64,000 bases of DNA, taken from the NCBI GenBank assembly GCA_051418015.1, contig JBPRGF010000031.1, positions 96,001 to 160,000 of the forward strand, given 5' to 3'. The notes beneath the pieces were generated by a model. That model saw nothing but the letters and a program-made list of their open reading frames with translations, was not told the DNA's origin and ran no database searches. Numbering within the stretch: the first letter of the stretch is position 1; every line of letters starts with the position of its first letter. Below are positions 17,400 to 28,126 of the stretch, piece after piece. Origin of the DNA: Candidatus Nitrospinota bacterium M3_3B_026. GTDB taxonomy: Bacteria > Nitrospinota_A > UBA7883 > JBPRGF01. Position numbers and translations under genes: made by a program.

Positions 17400-18485
17400 A
17401 TGCGTCTGCCTGTGATACTTGTGGTTATTATCGCCCTGGCCGCCGGGCCCGCGCCGTCATTCGCGCAGGCGGGAAACGGAGGCGCGCCCCCCGCGCCGGT
17501 GGAGGTGGCCCCGGTCATTCAAAAGGACGTCTCCACCTCCGTGGAGCTCGTGGGCACGGTCCACCCGGGCGCGGAGGCGATGGTCTCCGCCGAGGCGCCC
17601 GGCAGGGTGATCTCCTTCAGCAAGATCGAGGGGGACAAGGTGAAGGAGGGCGAGCCGGTCGTCTCCCTCGACGACACGCTCTACAGGATAGAAGTCAACA
17701 CCGCCAGGGGCGCCCTGCAGAAGGCTCAGGCCGCCCTCGAGAAGGCCAGGCTGGCCGAGGAGAGGGCCCGGGAGCTTTACAAGCAGAAGGTGGCCTCCGA
17801 GGAGGCGATGCAGAACGCGGCGCTCGAGGTGAAGGCGGCGAAGGCGGAGGTGGCCCTGAGAAAGGCGGACCTGGCGCGGGCCGAACATAATCTGTCGCGG
17901 CTCAAGGTCCGCGCGCCCTTTGACGGGTGGATATCCCGCAAGCTGGTGGAGGCCGGGGAATGGGTGAAGGAGGGCGACGGGCTCTACGAGATCATAAACC
18001 TGGATCGGGTGGACGTGATCGTGGAAGCGCCGGAGGTGAATATAGAGAGCTTCACCAGAGGCAAAAAAACCGGGTTCACCCTCGACGCCCATCCCGGGGC
18101 GGCCTATGAAGGCAGGATCAGAGCCGTCTCCCCCAAAGCGGACGCTAAAACGCGCACCTTCATGACCCGGATAGGCGTCGACAACAGGAAAGGCGACATC
18201 CTGGCCGGGATGGTGGCGCGGGTCAACATCCCCGCCGGGGAGCCGGAGAAGACGATAATGATCCCCCGCGACGCGGTGGTGTGGATGGCCAGAAAGCCCG
18301 TTGTCTTCACCGTGGACGGCGATGGGAGGGCGAAGGCTGTCCCCGTGAGGCTGGGCAGGCAGCGCGGCGAGCTCGTGGAGGCCCGGGGGGACTTGCGGGA
18401 GGGTCTGCCCCTGGTGGTGACGGGCAACGAGATCCTGCGCGACGGGCAGCCGGTGGACGTGGTGGGCGAGCGGAGCTACGACTGA
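17400..18485 (+). CDS. RND efflux periplasmic adaptor (MFP)
   Basis: Signal peptide, lipoyl-like halves (GDKVKEGEPVVSLD; RAPFDG), coiled hairpin, AGMVARV. Confidence 0.92.
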   Translation: MRLPVILVVIIALAAGPAPSFAQAGNGGAPPAPVEVAPVIQKDVSTSVELVGTVHPGAEAMVSAEAPGRVISFSKIEGDKVKEGEPVVSLDDTLYRIEVNTARGALQKAQAALEKARLAEERARELYKQKVASEEAMQNAALEVKAAKAEVALRKADLARAEHNLSRLKVRAPFDGWISRKLVEAGEWVKEGDGLYEIINLDRVDVIVEAPEVNIESFTRGKKTGFTLDAHPGAAYEGRIRAVSPKADAKTRTFMTRIGVDNRKGDILAGMVARVNIPAGEPEKTIMIPRDAVVWMARKPVVFTVDGDGRAKAVPVRLGRQRGELVEARGDLREGLPLVVTGNEILRDGQPVDVVGERSYD

Positions 18486-18529
18486 GGCCCATGCCGCCCC
18501 GCGACCCCTTCATAAGGGCCTGAACTGAA

Positions 18530-21500
18530 ATGTGGATCATACGCTTCTCCATAGAAAACCCCGTCAAAGTGACGGTGGCGGTCCTCTTCCTGGTCATCTT
18601 CGGGAGCATCTCCGTCCTCGACATCCCCATCCAGATGACCCCCACCGTCGACAAGCCCGAGATACAGATAAGGACCGTATACGAGGGCGCCGCGCCGCAG
18701 GAGATAGAGGAACAGATCACCATCCCCATCGAAGAGAAGCTGCAGGCCGTGGAGGGGCTCAAGAGGATCACCTCCACCTCCAGCGAGGGCAGGTCCAACG
18801 TGGAGCTGGAGTTTGAATGGGGGGTTAACAAGGACATCGCGCTGATCGACATAGTGAAACGCCTGGCCAGGGTGCGGGACCTGCCCGTGGAGGCGGACGC
18901 GCCGATCGTCATCGCCGGGACAAGCTCCGAGCGCCGGCCGATCTACTGGGCCTCCCTGAGGGGGAACATGCCCGTGGACAAGATGCGCGACTTCGCCGAC
19001 GACTATGTCCTGCCCAGGTTCGAGCGGGTGGAGGGGGTGGCGGAGGTCCGCATGCACGGCGGGGAGGAGCGGGAGATCCGCGTCGCGCTGGATTTCAAGG
19101 CCCTGGGCGCGCGGGGGCTGTCCGTCAGCGACGTCCGCCTCGCCCTGGCGAGGGAGAACCTGAACGTCCGCGGGGGCAGCCTGGACATCGGGAAGCGCAG
19201 ACACCTCGTCCGCACCGTGGGGCTCTTCCAGTCCATCGAGGACATAGAGTCCGTCATCATAGCCAAGGACTCGGGCGGAGCGCCCATATACGTCCGCGAC
19301 GTGGCCACGGTCTACGACACGTTCAGGGAGCGCTCCGAGATGGTCCGCATCATGGGCAGGCCGGCCATCGCCTTCGGGATAATAAAGAAGACGGGCTCCA
19401 ACACCATCGAGGTGGTCAACGGCGTGGAGGCCGCCATCGAGAAGATGAACGAGGAGATGGCCCCCCGGGGGATCGCCATCTACGAAAGCTACGACTCCTC
19501 GGACTACATATGGGAGTCGATAGACTTCGTCTCGTCCAACCTCGGCTTCGGCGCCGGGCTTGCCGTCGTGGTCCTGATCCTGTTCCTGAAATCGATCCGC
19601 TCCACCCTGGTGATCGGCGTCTCCATTCCGATAGTCATATTCTCCGGTTTCATCCTGTTGAACGTGTTCGGGCGCACCCTGAACATAGTCTCCCTGGCCG
19701 GGATGGCCTTCGCCGTGGGCATGGTGGTGGACAACGCCATCGTGGCCCTGGAAAACATATACCGCCACCTGCAGATGGGCAAGGGGAGGGCCGGGGCGGC
19801 CCTCGACGGGGCGGTGGAGGTGTGGGGGGCGATCCTGGCCTCCACGCTGACGACGCTGGCGGTCTTTGTTCCCATAATCTTCGTGCGGGAGGAGGCCGGG
19901 CAGCTGTTCAAGGACATCGCCATCGCCATATCGGTCTCCGTCTTCGTGTCGCTGATAGTCTCCGTCACGGTCATCCCGGCCATGACGGCCCGGTTCCTGG
20001 CCGTGGGCTCGGCGCTGGGAAAGGGCAAGGGGGGGGTGTGGGCGCCGCTCAACCTCCTGGGCAGGGGCGCCGGGGCTTTTTTCGTAGGAACGGTGGGATG
20101 GCTGTCCCGCGCCGGAACCATCGCGAAGCTCGCGCTGGTCGCGGTGATAATCGCCGCCGCCGTCTCCACGGTCCCGCTGACGCCGAAGCTCGAATACCTG
20201 CCCAAGGGCAACAGGAACCTGATCTTCATCGCTTTCACCCCCCACGTGGGAAGCAGCCTCGACACCACCAGGAAATACTCCGACATGGTGGCCGACCGCG
20301 TCCTCCGGATGCCGGAGGTGAAATACATGTTCCATGTCATATCGTCGCGGTTCAATGGCATCGGCGTCCGGGTCAAGGACGAATACCGCCTGAGGATGAG
20401 CGAGGTGGCGGACAAGATCAACGAGGTCATAAGAGGCGCGCCGGGGTTCAAGTATATAAGGGCGTTCCAGAGCGCCCTGTTCTCCCGCTCCCTGGGCGGC
20501 GACGTGGAGATAGACATCAGGGGGCCGGACCTTGACGAGGTGGCCTCATACTCCAACGAGATAATGGGCGAAATATACTCCGCCGAGGGGGTGGGCTTCG
20601 CCAGGTCCAACCTGGACACGGGCAATCCCGAGATAAGGGTGAAGATAGACAGGGAGCGCGCCGCGGACCTCGGTCTTTCCGTCCAGGACGTCGCGGAGAC
20701 CGTGGAGGCGCTCGTGGCGGGGAAGCTGGCGACGCTTTACAAGGTCGGCGGCGAGGAGATTGACATAGTCCTGAAAAGCTCCGAGGAAGACCTGCTGGAC
20801 CGGAACGCCCTGGAGAGGGTGACCATCTTCAGCATGGACGGCGTCCCGGTGAGGCTCGGCTCCGTGGCCAGGATAGAGCAGGCGGAAGGGCCGACGCAGA
20901 TAAATCACATAGAGATGGACCGCTCCGTCACCCTCTCCATCACCAAAAAGACCGGCGCGCCTCTGCAGGCCGTGGTGGACTCCATCAACGAGAAGATACT
21001 CGGCCCCCTCAGGGAAAAGATGGAGCTCGGCTACCACGTCTCCCTCTCCGGCCACGCGGCGGACCTGGACACGACGGCGAAGGCGCTCTCCGGCTCGTTC
21101 GTCCTGGCGGTGATTATCATATACCTTCTGATGGCGGCGCTGTTCGAGTCGTTCCTTTATCCGCTGGTGATAATGCTCTCCGTGCCGCTGGCAGCCTCGG
21201 GAGCCATCCTCGGCGTGTATGTCACGTCGAGCAGCCTGGACGTTCTGACCATGCTGGGGTTCATCATCCTGGCGGGGATAGTGGTCAACAACGCCATCCT
21301 GCTCATACACCAGGTCCTGCGCAACAGGCGCGCGCGCGGCATGTCGGACCACGAGTCGGTGGTAGAGGCGGTGAAAGTCCGTGTCCGCCCGATATTCATG
21401 AGCTCCATAACGACCGTCTGCGGCATGCTCCCCCTGGTGGTCCGCGGCGGCGCGGGCTCGGAGCTTTACTCGGGGCTGGCCGCGGCGATCGTGGGGGGGC

Positions 21501-21598
21501 TGACGGTCTCCACGATCTTCACCCTCGTCCTCGTGCCGGCGATCACGCTCATAATCGCCGACGCCAAGGCCGCGCTCGAATCACTGAAAACCCGCTGA
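18530..21598 (+). CDS. RND efflux permease (AcrB/AcrD/AcrF family)
   Basis: 1022 aa; GMVVDNAIVALENI, ASTLTTLAVFVP, GIVVNNAILL, RVRPIFMSSITT. Confidence 0.96.
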   Translation: MWIIRFSIENPVKVTVAVLFLVIFGSISVLDIPIQMTPTVDKPEIQIRTVYEGAAPQEIEEQITIPIEEKLQAVEGLKRITSTSSEGRSNVELEFEWGVNKDIALIDIVKRLARVRDLPVEADAPIVIAGTSSERRPIYWASLRGNMPVDKMRDFADDYVLPRFERVEGVAEVRMHGGEEREIRVALDFKALGARGLSVSDVRLALARENLNVRGGSLDIGKRRHLVRTVGLFQSIEDIESVIIAKDSGGAPIYVRDVATVYDTFRERSEMVRIMGRPAIAFGIIKKTGSNTIEVVNGVEAAIEKMNEEMAPRGIAIYESYDSSDYIWESIDFVSSNLGFGAGLAVVVLILFLKSIRSTLVIGVSIPIVIFSGFILLNVFGRTLNIVSLAGMAFAVGMVVDNAIVALENIYRHLQMGKGRAGAALDGAVEVWGAILASTLTTLAVFVPIIFVREEAGQLFKDIAIAISVSVFVSLIVSVTVIPAMTARFLAVGSALGKGKGGVWAPLNLLGRGAGAFFVGTVGWLSRAGTIAKLALVAVIIAAAVSTVPLTPKLEYLPKGNRNLIFIAFTPHVGSSLDTTRKYSDMVADRVLRMPEVKYMFHVISSRFNGIGVRVKDEYRLRMSEVADKINEVIRGAPGFKYIRAFQSALFSRSLGGDVEIDIRGPDLDEVASYSNEIMGEIYSAEGVGFARSNLDTGNPEIRVKIDRERAADLGLSVQDVAETVEALVAGKLATLYKVGGEEIDIVLKSSEEDLLDRNALERVTIFSMDGVPVRLGSVARIEQAEGPTQINHIEMDRSVTLSITKKTGAPLQAVVDSINEKILGPLREKMELGYHVSLSGHAADLDTTAKALSGSFVLAVIIIYLLMAALFESFLYPLVIMLSVPLAASGAILGVYVTSSSLDVLTMLGFIILAGIVVNNAILLIHQVLRNRRARGMSDHESVVEAVKVRVRPIFMSSITTVCGMLPLVVRGGAGSELYSGLAAAIVGGLTVSTIFTLVLVPAITLIIADAKAALESLKTR

Positions 21599-21665
21599 CC
21601 CTCCCGCTCAGGCGGCAGGAATGGCGGGCTGTCCTCTTTGCCCGCGGGATGTATAATGTTTTCTC

Positions 21666-22904
21666 ATGGTGGAAGCGAAAATGACAGGGCGAAAAAAAAT
21701 AGTACTCGGCGTGACGGGCGGGGTCGCGGCCTACAAGGCGGCCGAAATAGCGCGCCGTCTCATGGATAAGGGGCTGGACGTCCGCGCCGCCATGACCGCC
21801 CACGCCGAAAAGCTCGTAACCCCCCTCACCTTCGAGGCCCTCACGGGCCAGAAAGTCCTGCGCGCGGGAATGCCCCGGCCGGGCGAGGACCCGATGCCTC
21901 ACATAACCCTCGCCCGCTGGGCCGACCTCGTCCTCGTCGCCCCGGCCACGGCCAACATCATAGGGAAACTGGCCAACGGGATCGCTGACGATTCCCTGAG
22001 CACGCTGCTCATCGCCACCGGCGCTCCCGTGTTCATGGCCCCCGCCATGAACACCAGGATGCTCGAAAACCCCGCCGTCCGGGAGAATATGCAAAAGCTG
22101 GAGGCCCGCGGCGTCAGGCTCGTCGGCCCCACCACGGGAGCGCTGGCCTGCGGCGAGGAAGGCGCGGGGAAGATGGCGGATGTCGATGAGGTCGTGAGCG
22201 CCGTTATCGATTCGCTGAAACCCGGGCTTGATCTGGCGGGGATAAAGGTGATCGTGACGGCTGGCGGCACGCGGGAGCCGATAGACGCCATCCGGTACAT
22301 AGGCAACAGGTCGTCGGGCAGGATGGGCGCGGCCGTGGCGGGCGCCGCCGCGGCGCGAGGGGCGGACGTGACGCTGATCGCCGCGCCGATGGAGGCCGCC
22401 GCCCCGGAGGGGGTGAAGGTCGTCCCCGCGCCGACGGCCGCCGACATGCTCGATGAGGTGGGAGCGCGGTTCGACGGGGCGGACATCCTCGTCATGGCCG
22501 CCGCCGTGGGGGACTACCGGGCCGGGAAAACGTGGGCGGGAAAGCTGAAAAAAAAGGAAACCTGGACCTTAAGGCTCGCCGCGAACCCGGACATACTGGC
22601 CGAGATGGGCGCGCGCAAGAAAGGACAGGTGGTTGTCGGTTTCGCGGCGGAGACGGAGGACATCCTTGCCCACGGGAGGAAAAAGCTGGTGTCGAAGAAT
22701 CTGGACCTGGTCGTGGTCAACGACGTGTCGCGCCCCGGCGCCGTCTTCGGGTCGGACTACAACGAGGTCGCGATAATCGACAGGGCCGGCGGGACGCTCG
22801 AGGTCCCGAGGGCGGAAAAGACGCGGATCGCCGAGATCATCCTGGACAAGGCGGCGGAGGCGTTGTCGCGGAAGGGTGTCAGGCGTGACTCCGCTTTGCG
22901 CTGA
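21666..22904 (+). CDS. coaBC: Phosphopantothenoylcysteine decarboxylase/synthetase
   Basis: GVTGGVAAYK, APATAN, PAMN, LACGEEGAG, TAGGTREPID, NRSSG, GFAAET. Confidence 0.97.
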   Translation: MVEAKMTGRKKIVLGVTGGVAAYKAAEIARRLMDKGLDVRAAMTAHAEKLVTPLTFEALTGQKVLRAGMPRPGEDPMPHITLARWADLVLVAPATANIIGKLANGIADDSLSTLLIATGAPVFMAPAMNTRMLENPAVRENMQKLEARGVRLVGPTTGALACGEEGAGKMADVDEVVSAVIDSLKPGLDLAGIKVIVTAGGTREPIDAIRYIGNRSSGRMGAAVAGAAAARGADVTLIAAPMEAAAPEGVKVVPAPTAADMLDEVGARFDGADILVMAAAVGDYRAGKTWAGKLKKKETWTLRLAANPDILAEMGARKKGQVVVGFAAETEDILAHGRKKLVSKNLDLVVVNDVSRPGAVFGSDYNEVAIIDRAGGTLEVPRAEKTRIAEIILDKAAEALSRKGVRRDSALR

Positions 22905-23000
22905 AAACGGGCGGCGCGGACACCACGCCGGGCGAAAACTCGGAGGAAAAATTAGCAAAACACGCGATTCATGCGAAGGTCTCAGACTGATGGAGGGAAG

Positions 23001-23762
23001 ATGAGCGCATCACGCGAGCTTCTGGCGAGGCTCGACGCCCTGAGCCTGGAGCTTGAAACCCTGAAGATCATGGGCTGCCGCGAACTGGAAGGGCCCCTGC
23101 CCGCTGACTGGATCGAAAGGCTGAGCGCGGACGGCGGGGGGGACACAGTGGACAAGACAGTGGAAAAACGAAAACCCGCCGGCGCGCGGGAAAGTCTCGA
23201 CGCCATCCGCGGGGAGGTGAAAAGCTGCCACAAGTGCGGCCTTTCCGAAACCAGGACGAACACCGTCTTCGGCGTGGGGAACCCGGACGCGAGGCTGATG
23301 TTCATCGGCGAGGCGCCGGGAGCGGACGAGGACAGGAAGGGCGAGCCCTTCGTGGGCCGGGCGGGACAGCTTCTGACCCGCATGATAAAGGCGATGGGCC
23401 TTAAGCGGGAGGACGTCTATATAGCGAACATATTGAAATGCCGTCCCCCGGGCAACCGAGACCCGCTCCCCGGCGAGGTGGAGCTTTGCGAGCCGTACCT
23501 CGTCCGGCAGATAGAAGCCGTCCGGCCGGAGGTGATATGCGCCCTGGGGCGCGTGGCCGTCCAGACCCTGCTGAAGACGAAGACTCCGATATCCAGGCTG
23601 CGCGGCGAGTTCCACTCCTACCACGACACGCCCCTTCTGGCCACGTTCCACCCCGCCTACCTGCTGAGGAACCCCCCCTCCAAGGCCGAGGCGTGGAGCG
23701 ACCTCCAGATGGTGATGAAAAAACTGGGGATGCCTCTCCCCGCGAAGGGGGAAAATGGCTGA
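23001..23762 (+). CDS. Uracil-DNA glycosylase family 4
   Basis: [44 protein letters not shown] Shine-Dalgarno before ATG 23001. Confidence 0.95.
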   Translation: MSASRELLARLDALSLELETLKIMGCRELEGPLPADWIERLSADGGGDTVDKTVEKRKPAGARESLDAIRGEVKSCHKCGLSETRTNTVFGVGNPDARLMFIGEAPGADEDRKGEPFVGRAGQLLTRMIKAMGLKREDVYIANILKCRPPGNRDPLPGEVELCEPYLVRQIEAVRPEVICALGRVAVQTLLKTKTPISRLRGEFHSYHDTPLLATFHPAYLLRNPPSKAEAWSDLQMVMKKLGMPLPAKGENG

Positions 23763-26163
23763 CTCGCGAAGGCGCCGCGCGGCCGCGAGCGCGAAAAAGG
23801 CAAAGAGGAGGAGCTTCTGGGGCGGCCTTGTCATGGGGCTTTCCGCCTTCGTGATTCTCTCCTTCGCCGCCGGGGCGGGCGCGGCGGCCTTCATATATCT
23901 GAAGTACGCGCGGGGTCTCCCGGACACAAGCGCGCTGGAGGACTACGAGCCGAGCCTCACCACCAGGATATACGACGACAGCGACACGCTGATAGCTGAG
24001 TATTACATCGAAAAGCGCATCCTGCTGCCGCTCGACAAGATACCGCTCATGCTGCGCGTGGCCACGATAGCAGTGGAGGACGTCAGCTTCTACGAGCATC
24101 ACGGGCTGAACCTGGAGGGTATCGTCCGCGCCATGATAGCCAACATCCGCGCCGGCAGGGTGGTCCAGGGGGGAAGCTCCATAACCCAGCAGGTGGCCAA
24201 GCAGCTTTTCCTGACGCCGGAGCGGACGCTGGAAAGAAAGATAAAAGAAGCCATCCTGTCCGTCAGGATCGACAGGGAATACACCAAAAACCAGATACTG
24301 AGGATATACCTGAACCACATATACTACGGCCACGGCGCCTACGGGGTGGAGGCCGCGGCGCAGACCTACTTCGGCAAGAGCGCGGGCGAGCTGACCCTCG
24401 CCGAGATGGCCATGATCGCCGGTCTGCCAAAAGCCCCGAGCAATTACTCCCCCTATAACGACCCGGAGCGGGCGAGACAGAGGCGCGCCCACGCCCTGAA
24501 CCGCATGGTGGCCGTGGGGGCCATAACGAAGGCCCAGGGCGAAGAGGCCGCCGCCGAGCCTTTTCGCCTGGCCGGGCGCAAACGCCCCACAAACAACGCG
24601 CCATGGTTCGCCGAACACATCCGCAGGACTCTGGAGGACAAGTACGGCGCGACAAGGCTGTACCGCGGAGGGCTTGTCGTGCGGACCACCCTCGATCTCG
24701 CGCTGCAAAAGCGCGCCGTGGAGGCGCTGCGAAAGGGGCTGGAAAAAAACGACAGGCGCCTGGGCTTTCGGGGGCCGGTGGGCCATGTGGACATCGAGTC
24801 CGGCCAGCAGCCTGACTGGGACAGCCTCAACCCGCGGAAGGCGGACGAAGAGGACATATACCAGCCCGGCGCGAGACTCCACGGATGGGTTCTTTCCGTG
24901 GAGAAGGACGAGGCGGAGATAGGCTTCGAGGACGCGACCGGCGTCATATCCCTGAAGGAGATGAGATGGGCCCACGAAGCCGACCCGAACAGAAACGCCC
25001 TCTGGATTGCGAAGGTGAAGGACGCCCGCGATGTCCTGAAGCCGGGGGACATCGTAACGGCGCGGGTGCTGGAGGGGGCGCCGGACTCCTACGGCGCGCT
25101 GCCCCTGGCGCTCGACCAGGCGCCGGCCGTTCAGGGGGCGCTTTTGGCCATGGACCCGAGGACGGGATACGTAAAGGCCATGGTGGGCGGCTACGACCAC
25201 GAGACCAGCAAGTACAACCGCGCCGTGCAGGCCCGGAGGCAGGCGGGCTCGTCGTTCAAGCCGATAATCTACACCGCCGCCCTGGAGAACGGGTTCACCC
25301 CCGCGTCGGTGATAATCGACTCCCCGATCATCTACGACAAGGCGCTGGAGGGGTTCAAGGGGTGGAAGCCGATGAACTTCGAAGAAAAGTTCTTCGGGCC
25401 CACGACCATCCGCGAGGCGGTCACCCACTCCCGCAACGTCGTGACCATCAAGACGCTGGAGAAAGTGGGCATCCGCAGGGCGATCGAGTACGCCCGCAAA
25501 TTCGGGATCGAAAGCAGGCTTGAGTCCAACCTGTCGCTCGCCCTCGGCGCGGCGCCGGTGTCGCTTTTGGAGATGGTGAGGGCATACGCCACCCTGGCCA
25601 ACGGCGGCGGGCGCCCGGAGCCGATCTTCATCAAATCCGTGGAAACAAGCGACGGGGTGGTCCTTGAGAAGAACGAGCCGGAGGCCGAGCGCGTTATAAG
25701 CCGCGAGGCGGCCTACCTGATGGTGAACATAATGAAAAACGTGGTGAGGGAGGGGACGGCGCGCCGGGTGCGCCTCGGCAGGCCCGTGGCGGGCAAAACC
25801 GGCACCACCAACAATTACCAGGACGCATGGTTCATCGGGTTCACGCCGAACATGGCCTGCGGCGTCTGGGTCGGCCGGGACGACAACGACTCCATGGGCA
25901 AGCTGGAGACCGGCGCGCGGGCGGCGATACCGATATGGATGGATTTCATGGAGTACGCCGTCAGAGGCATGCCGGCGTTCGACTTCACGGTCCCGGAGAA
26001 CATCGTCTTCGAGCGGGTGGACGAAAAGACCGGGCTTCTCACAAGATCGACGGGCGAGGACGCCATATTCGAGGCGTTCGTGGACGGCAGCCAGCCGGTC
26101 CGCTACGCGGGAGACGCGCAAACGCCGGGGAACGGCCTCGCCAACGGGGGCAGGGACCTTTAG
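23755..26163 (+). CDS. mrcA: Penicillin-binding protein 1A
   Basis: EDVSFYEHHG, GGSSITQQ, RKIKE, OB-like insert, SSFK, SRN, KTG. Confidence 0.93.
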   Translation: MADSRRRRAAASAKKAKRRSFWGGLVMGLSAFVILSFAAGAGAAAFIYLKYARGLPDTSALEDYEPSLTTRIYDDSDTLIAEYYIEKRILLPLDKIPLMLRVATIAVEDVSFYEHHGLNLEGIVRAMIANIRAGRVVQGGSSITQQVAKQLFLTPERTLERKIKEAILSVRIDREYTKNQILRIYLNHIYYGHGAYGVEAAAQTYFGKSAGELTLAEMAMIAGLPKAPSNYSPYNDPERARQRRAHALNRMVAVGAITKAQGEEAAAEPFRLAGRKRPTNNAPWFAEHIRRTLEDKYGATRLYRGGLVVRTTLDLALQKRAVEALRKGLEKNDRRLGFRGPVGHVDIESGQQPDWDSLNPRKADEEDIYQPGARLHGWVLSVEKDEAEIGFEDATGVISLKEMRWAHEADPNRNALWIAKVKDARDVLKPGDIVTARVLEGAPDSYGALPLALDQAPAVQGALLAMDPRTGYVKAMVGGYDHETSKYNRAVQARRQAGSSFKPIIYTAALENGFTPASVIIDSPIIYDKALEGFKGWKPMNFEEKFFGPTTIREAVTHSRNVVTIKTLEKVGIRRAIEYARKFGIESRLESNLSLALGAAPVSLLEMVRAYATLANGGGRPEPIFIKSVETSDGVVLEKNEPEAERVISREAAYLMVNIMKNVVREGTARRVRLGRPVAGKTGTTNNYQDAWFIGFTPNMACGVWVGRDDNDSMGKLETGARAAIPIWMDFMEYAVRGMPAFDFTVPENIVFERVDEKTGLLTRSTGEDAIFEAFVDGSQPVRYAGDAQTPGNGLANGGRDL

Positions 26164-26232
26164 ACACGGCCCGATCCGCCGTTTCCCCTTTCTGATAAAA
26201 TCAAAAGATGTTGTTTCACGAAGAGGCGGCCC

Positions 26233-27249
26233 ATGCCTGAAGACGCCCTCATAAAGGTGGAGAATCTCACCCGCGAGTTCACCATGGCGGAGCGGTCAAG
26301 CGGCTTCTGGGGCTCGCTGGCGGGCCTTTTCTCACGCCGCCGCTCCATAAAAAGGGCCGTGGACGGGATATCCTTCTCCATCCGCCCCGGCGAGTTCGTC
26401 GGCTACGTGGGGGAGAACGGCGCGGGCAAGTCCACCACCATCAAGATGCTGACGGGGATCCTCGTCCCCACCTCCGGGCGGGTGAGCGTCGCCGGGATCG
26501 TCCCCTACGAGAACAGGAAAGAGAACTCCCGCAACATCGGCGTGGTCTTCGGCCAGAGGACGCAGCTCTGGTGGGACTTGCCCGCCGGGGAGTCGCTCGA
26601 CCTTCTGCGCTCGATCTTCCGCGTGCCGGAGGAGAGGTTCCGCGAAAATCTCGAAGAGCTTTCCGAGACCCTCGGCCTTGGGCCGCTTCTGCGCGTTCCC
26701 GTGAGAAAACTCTCGCTGGGCCAGCGGATGAGGGTGGACCTTGCCGCGGCGCTTTTGCACGAGCCGCGGGTGCTCTATCTCGACGAGCCGACGATCGGAC
26801 TTGACGTGCTGGCCAAGGACAGCGTCCGCAAGTTCCTCAGGAAGATAAACAAGACGAGTGGGACGACCATCATCCTCACCACCCACGACATGGACGACAT
26901 CGAGGCCCTCTGCGAGCGGATCATCATCCTCGACAGGGGGATGATCGTCTACGACGGCGCGACGGAGAGTTTGAAGCGCGACTACGCCAGGGAGAAGGCT
27001 CTGGAGGTGGAGTTTTTCGAGGGCGACGGCTGCGGCTGTTTCGATATCCCCTCGGTGAGGGTGGTCAAAAGCGAGCCGGGCAAAAAGTGGCTGGCCTTCG
27101 ACAAGACCGAAACGTCCATCCAGGATGTCATAACGAAACTGATGGCGGGCGGATGCGTGAAGGACATCTCCATCCACGAGCAGAAGGTGGAGGACATCGT
27201 GAAGAACATCTACGCCAACGGCGCCGCGAGAAGACGGACCAATGCCTGA
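26233..27249 (+). CDS. ABC transporter ATP-binding protein
   Basis: GENGAGKST, VFGQRTQLWWDLP, LSLGQRMR, LDEPTIGLD. Confidence 0.95.
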   Translation: MPEDALIKVENLTREFTMAERSSGFWGSLAGLFSRRRSIKRAVDGISFSIRPGEFVGYVGENGAGKSTTIKMLTGILVPTSGRVSVAGIVPYENRKENSRNIGVVFGQRTQLWWDLPAGESLDLLRSIFRVPEERFRENLEELSETLGLGPLLRVPVRKLSLGQRMRVDLAAALLHEPRVLYLDEPTIGLDVLAKDSVRKFLRKINKTSGTTIILTTHDMDDIEALCERIIILDRGMIVYDGATESLKRDYAREKALEVEFFEGDGCGCFDIPSVRVVKSEPGKKWLAFDKTETSIQDVITKLMAGGCVKDISIHEQKVEDIVKNIYANGAARRRTNA

Positions 27250-28123
27250 CACAACGATCATCACCGAGCCGGGATACATGGAGAAAGGGGAAGGGAGCGC
27301 CTCCGAAACGTTCCCCTTCGGCCCGGTGAAGCCTGTCTACCTGAACTTCGCCCTGAAATCGTTCCAGAGGCAGATAGCCTACAAGTTCGAGTATTTCATC
27401 GGCGTCGTGAACGGGCTGCTTTTCATCTTCATCTTCACCTCGCTCTGGAGCGCGATATACAGCAGCCCCCAGGCCGCCGAGGGCGCCCCCTTCGACAAGG
27501 ACAAAATGATCGCCTACGCCGTCTTCGCCATGATTGTCAGGATATCCATGACCATGGAGGAGCTGGGCGTGGGCCGCCGGGTGCGCTCAGGCGACATCAG
27601 CCTGGACCTGATAAAACCGGTGAACTACTCCCTCATGCTCTTTTCGGAGGCTTTCGGGCAGACGCTGTTCCACTGGGCCAGCAGGGCCGCGCCGATACTG
27701 CTTTTCTCCCTGTGGGCTTTCGACGTCGCCATGCCGGACAATCTCTCCAACTACGCGCTGCTCGCGGTGTCGTGGGCTCTGGGTTACGTGATCCTGTTCT
27801 TCGTGAATTTCGCCTTCGCGCTCCTGGCCTTCTGGTTCCTGGAGACGTTCAGCTTCCAGCTGATGAAGTTCGGCCTGTTCACGGTCTTCTCCGGCGGCAT
27901 CGTGCCCATAGACTTTTTCCCGGACTGGATCAGGCCCGCCATCGGCCTGCTGCCTTTCCAGTACATACTCTACGTCCCCACCTCCGTCTTCATCGGCCAC
28001 GCCGAGGGGGCGCGGGCGGCCGGGCTTATCGGGCTGCAGGCGGTGTGGGTCGTGATCCTGGGCGGGCTGTGCCACTTGATGTGGCGCGCGGCCGGGCGCA
28101 AGCTGGTCCTGCAGGGAGGATAG
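27242..28123 (+). CDS. ABC-2 family permease (DUF990-like)
   Basis: About 6 TM; VRSGDISLDLIKP, FSGGIVPIDFFP, LVLQGG end. Confidence 0.88.
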   Translation: MPDTTIITEPGYMEKGEGSASETFPFGPVKPVYLNFALKSFQRQIAYKFEYFIGVVNGLLFIFIFTSLWSAIYSSPQAAEGAPFDKDKMIAYAVFAMIVRISMTMEELGVGRRVRSGDISLDLIKPVNYSLMLFSEAFGQTLFHWASRAAPILLFSLWAFDVAMPDNLSNYALLAVSWALGYVILFFVNFAFALLAFWFLETFSFQLMKFGLFTVFSGGIVPIDFFPDWIRPAIGLLPFQYILYVPTSVFIGHAEGARAAGLIGLQAVWVVILGGLCHLMWRAAGRKLVLQGG

Positions 28124-28126
28124 GAC

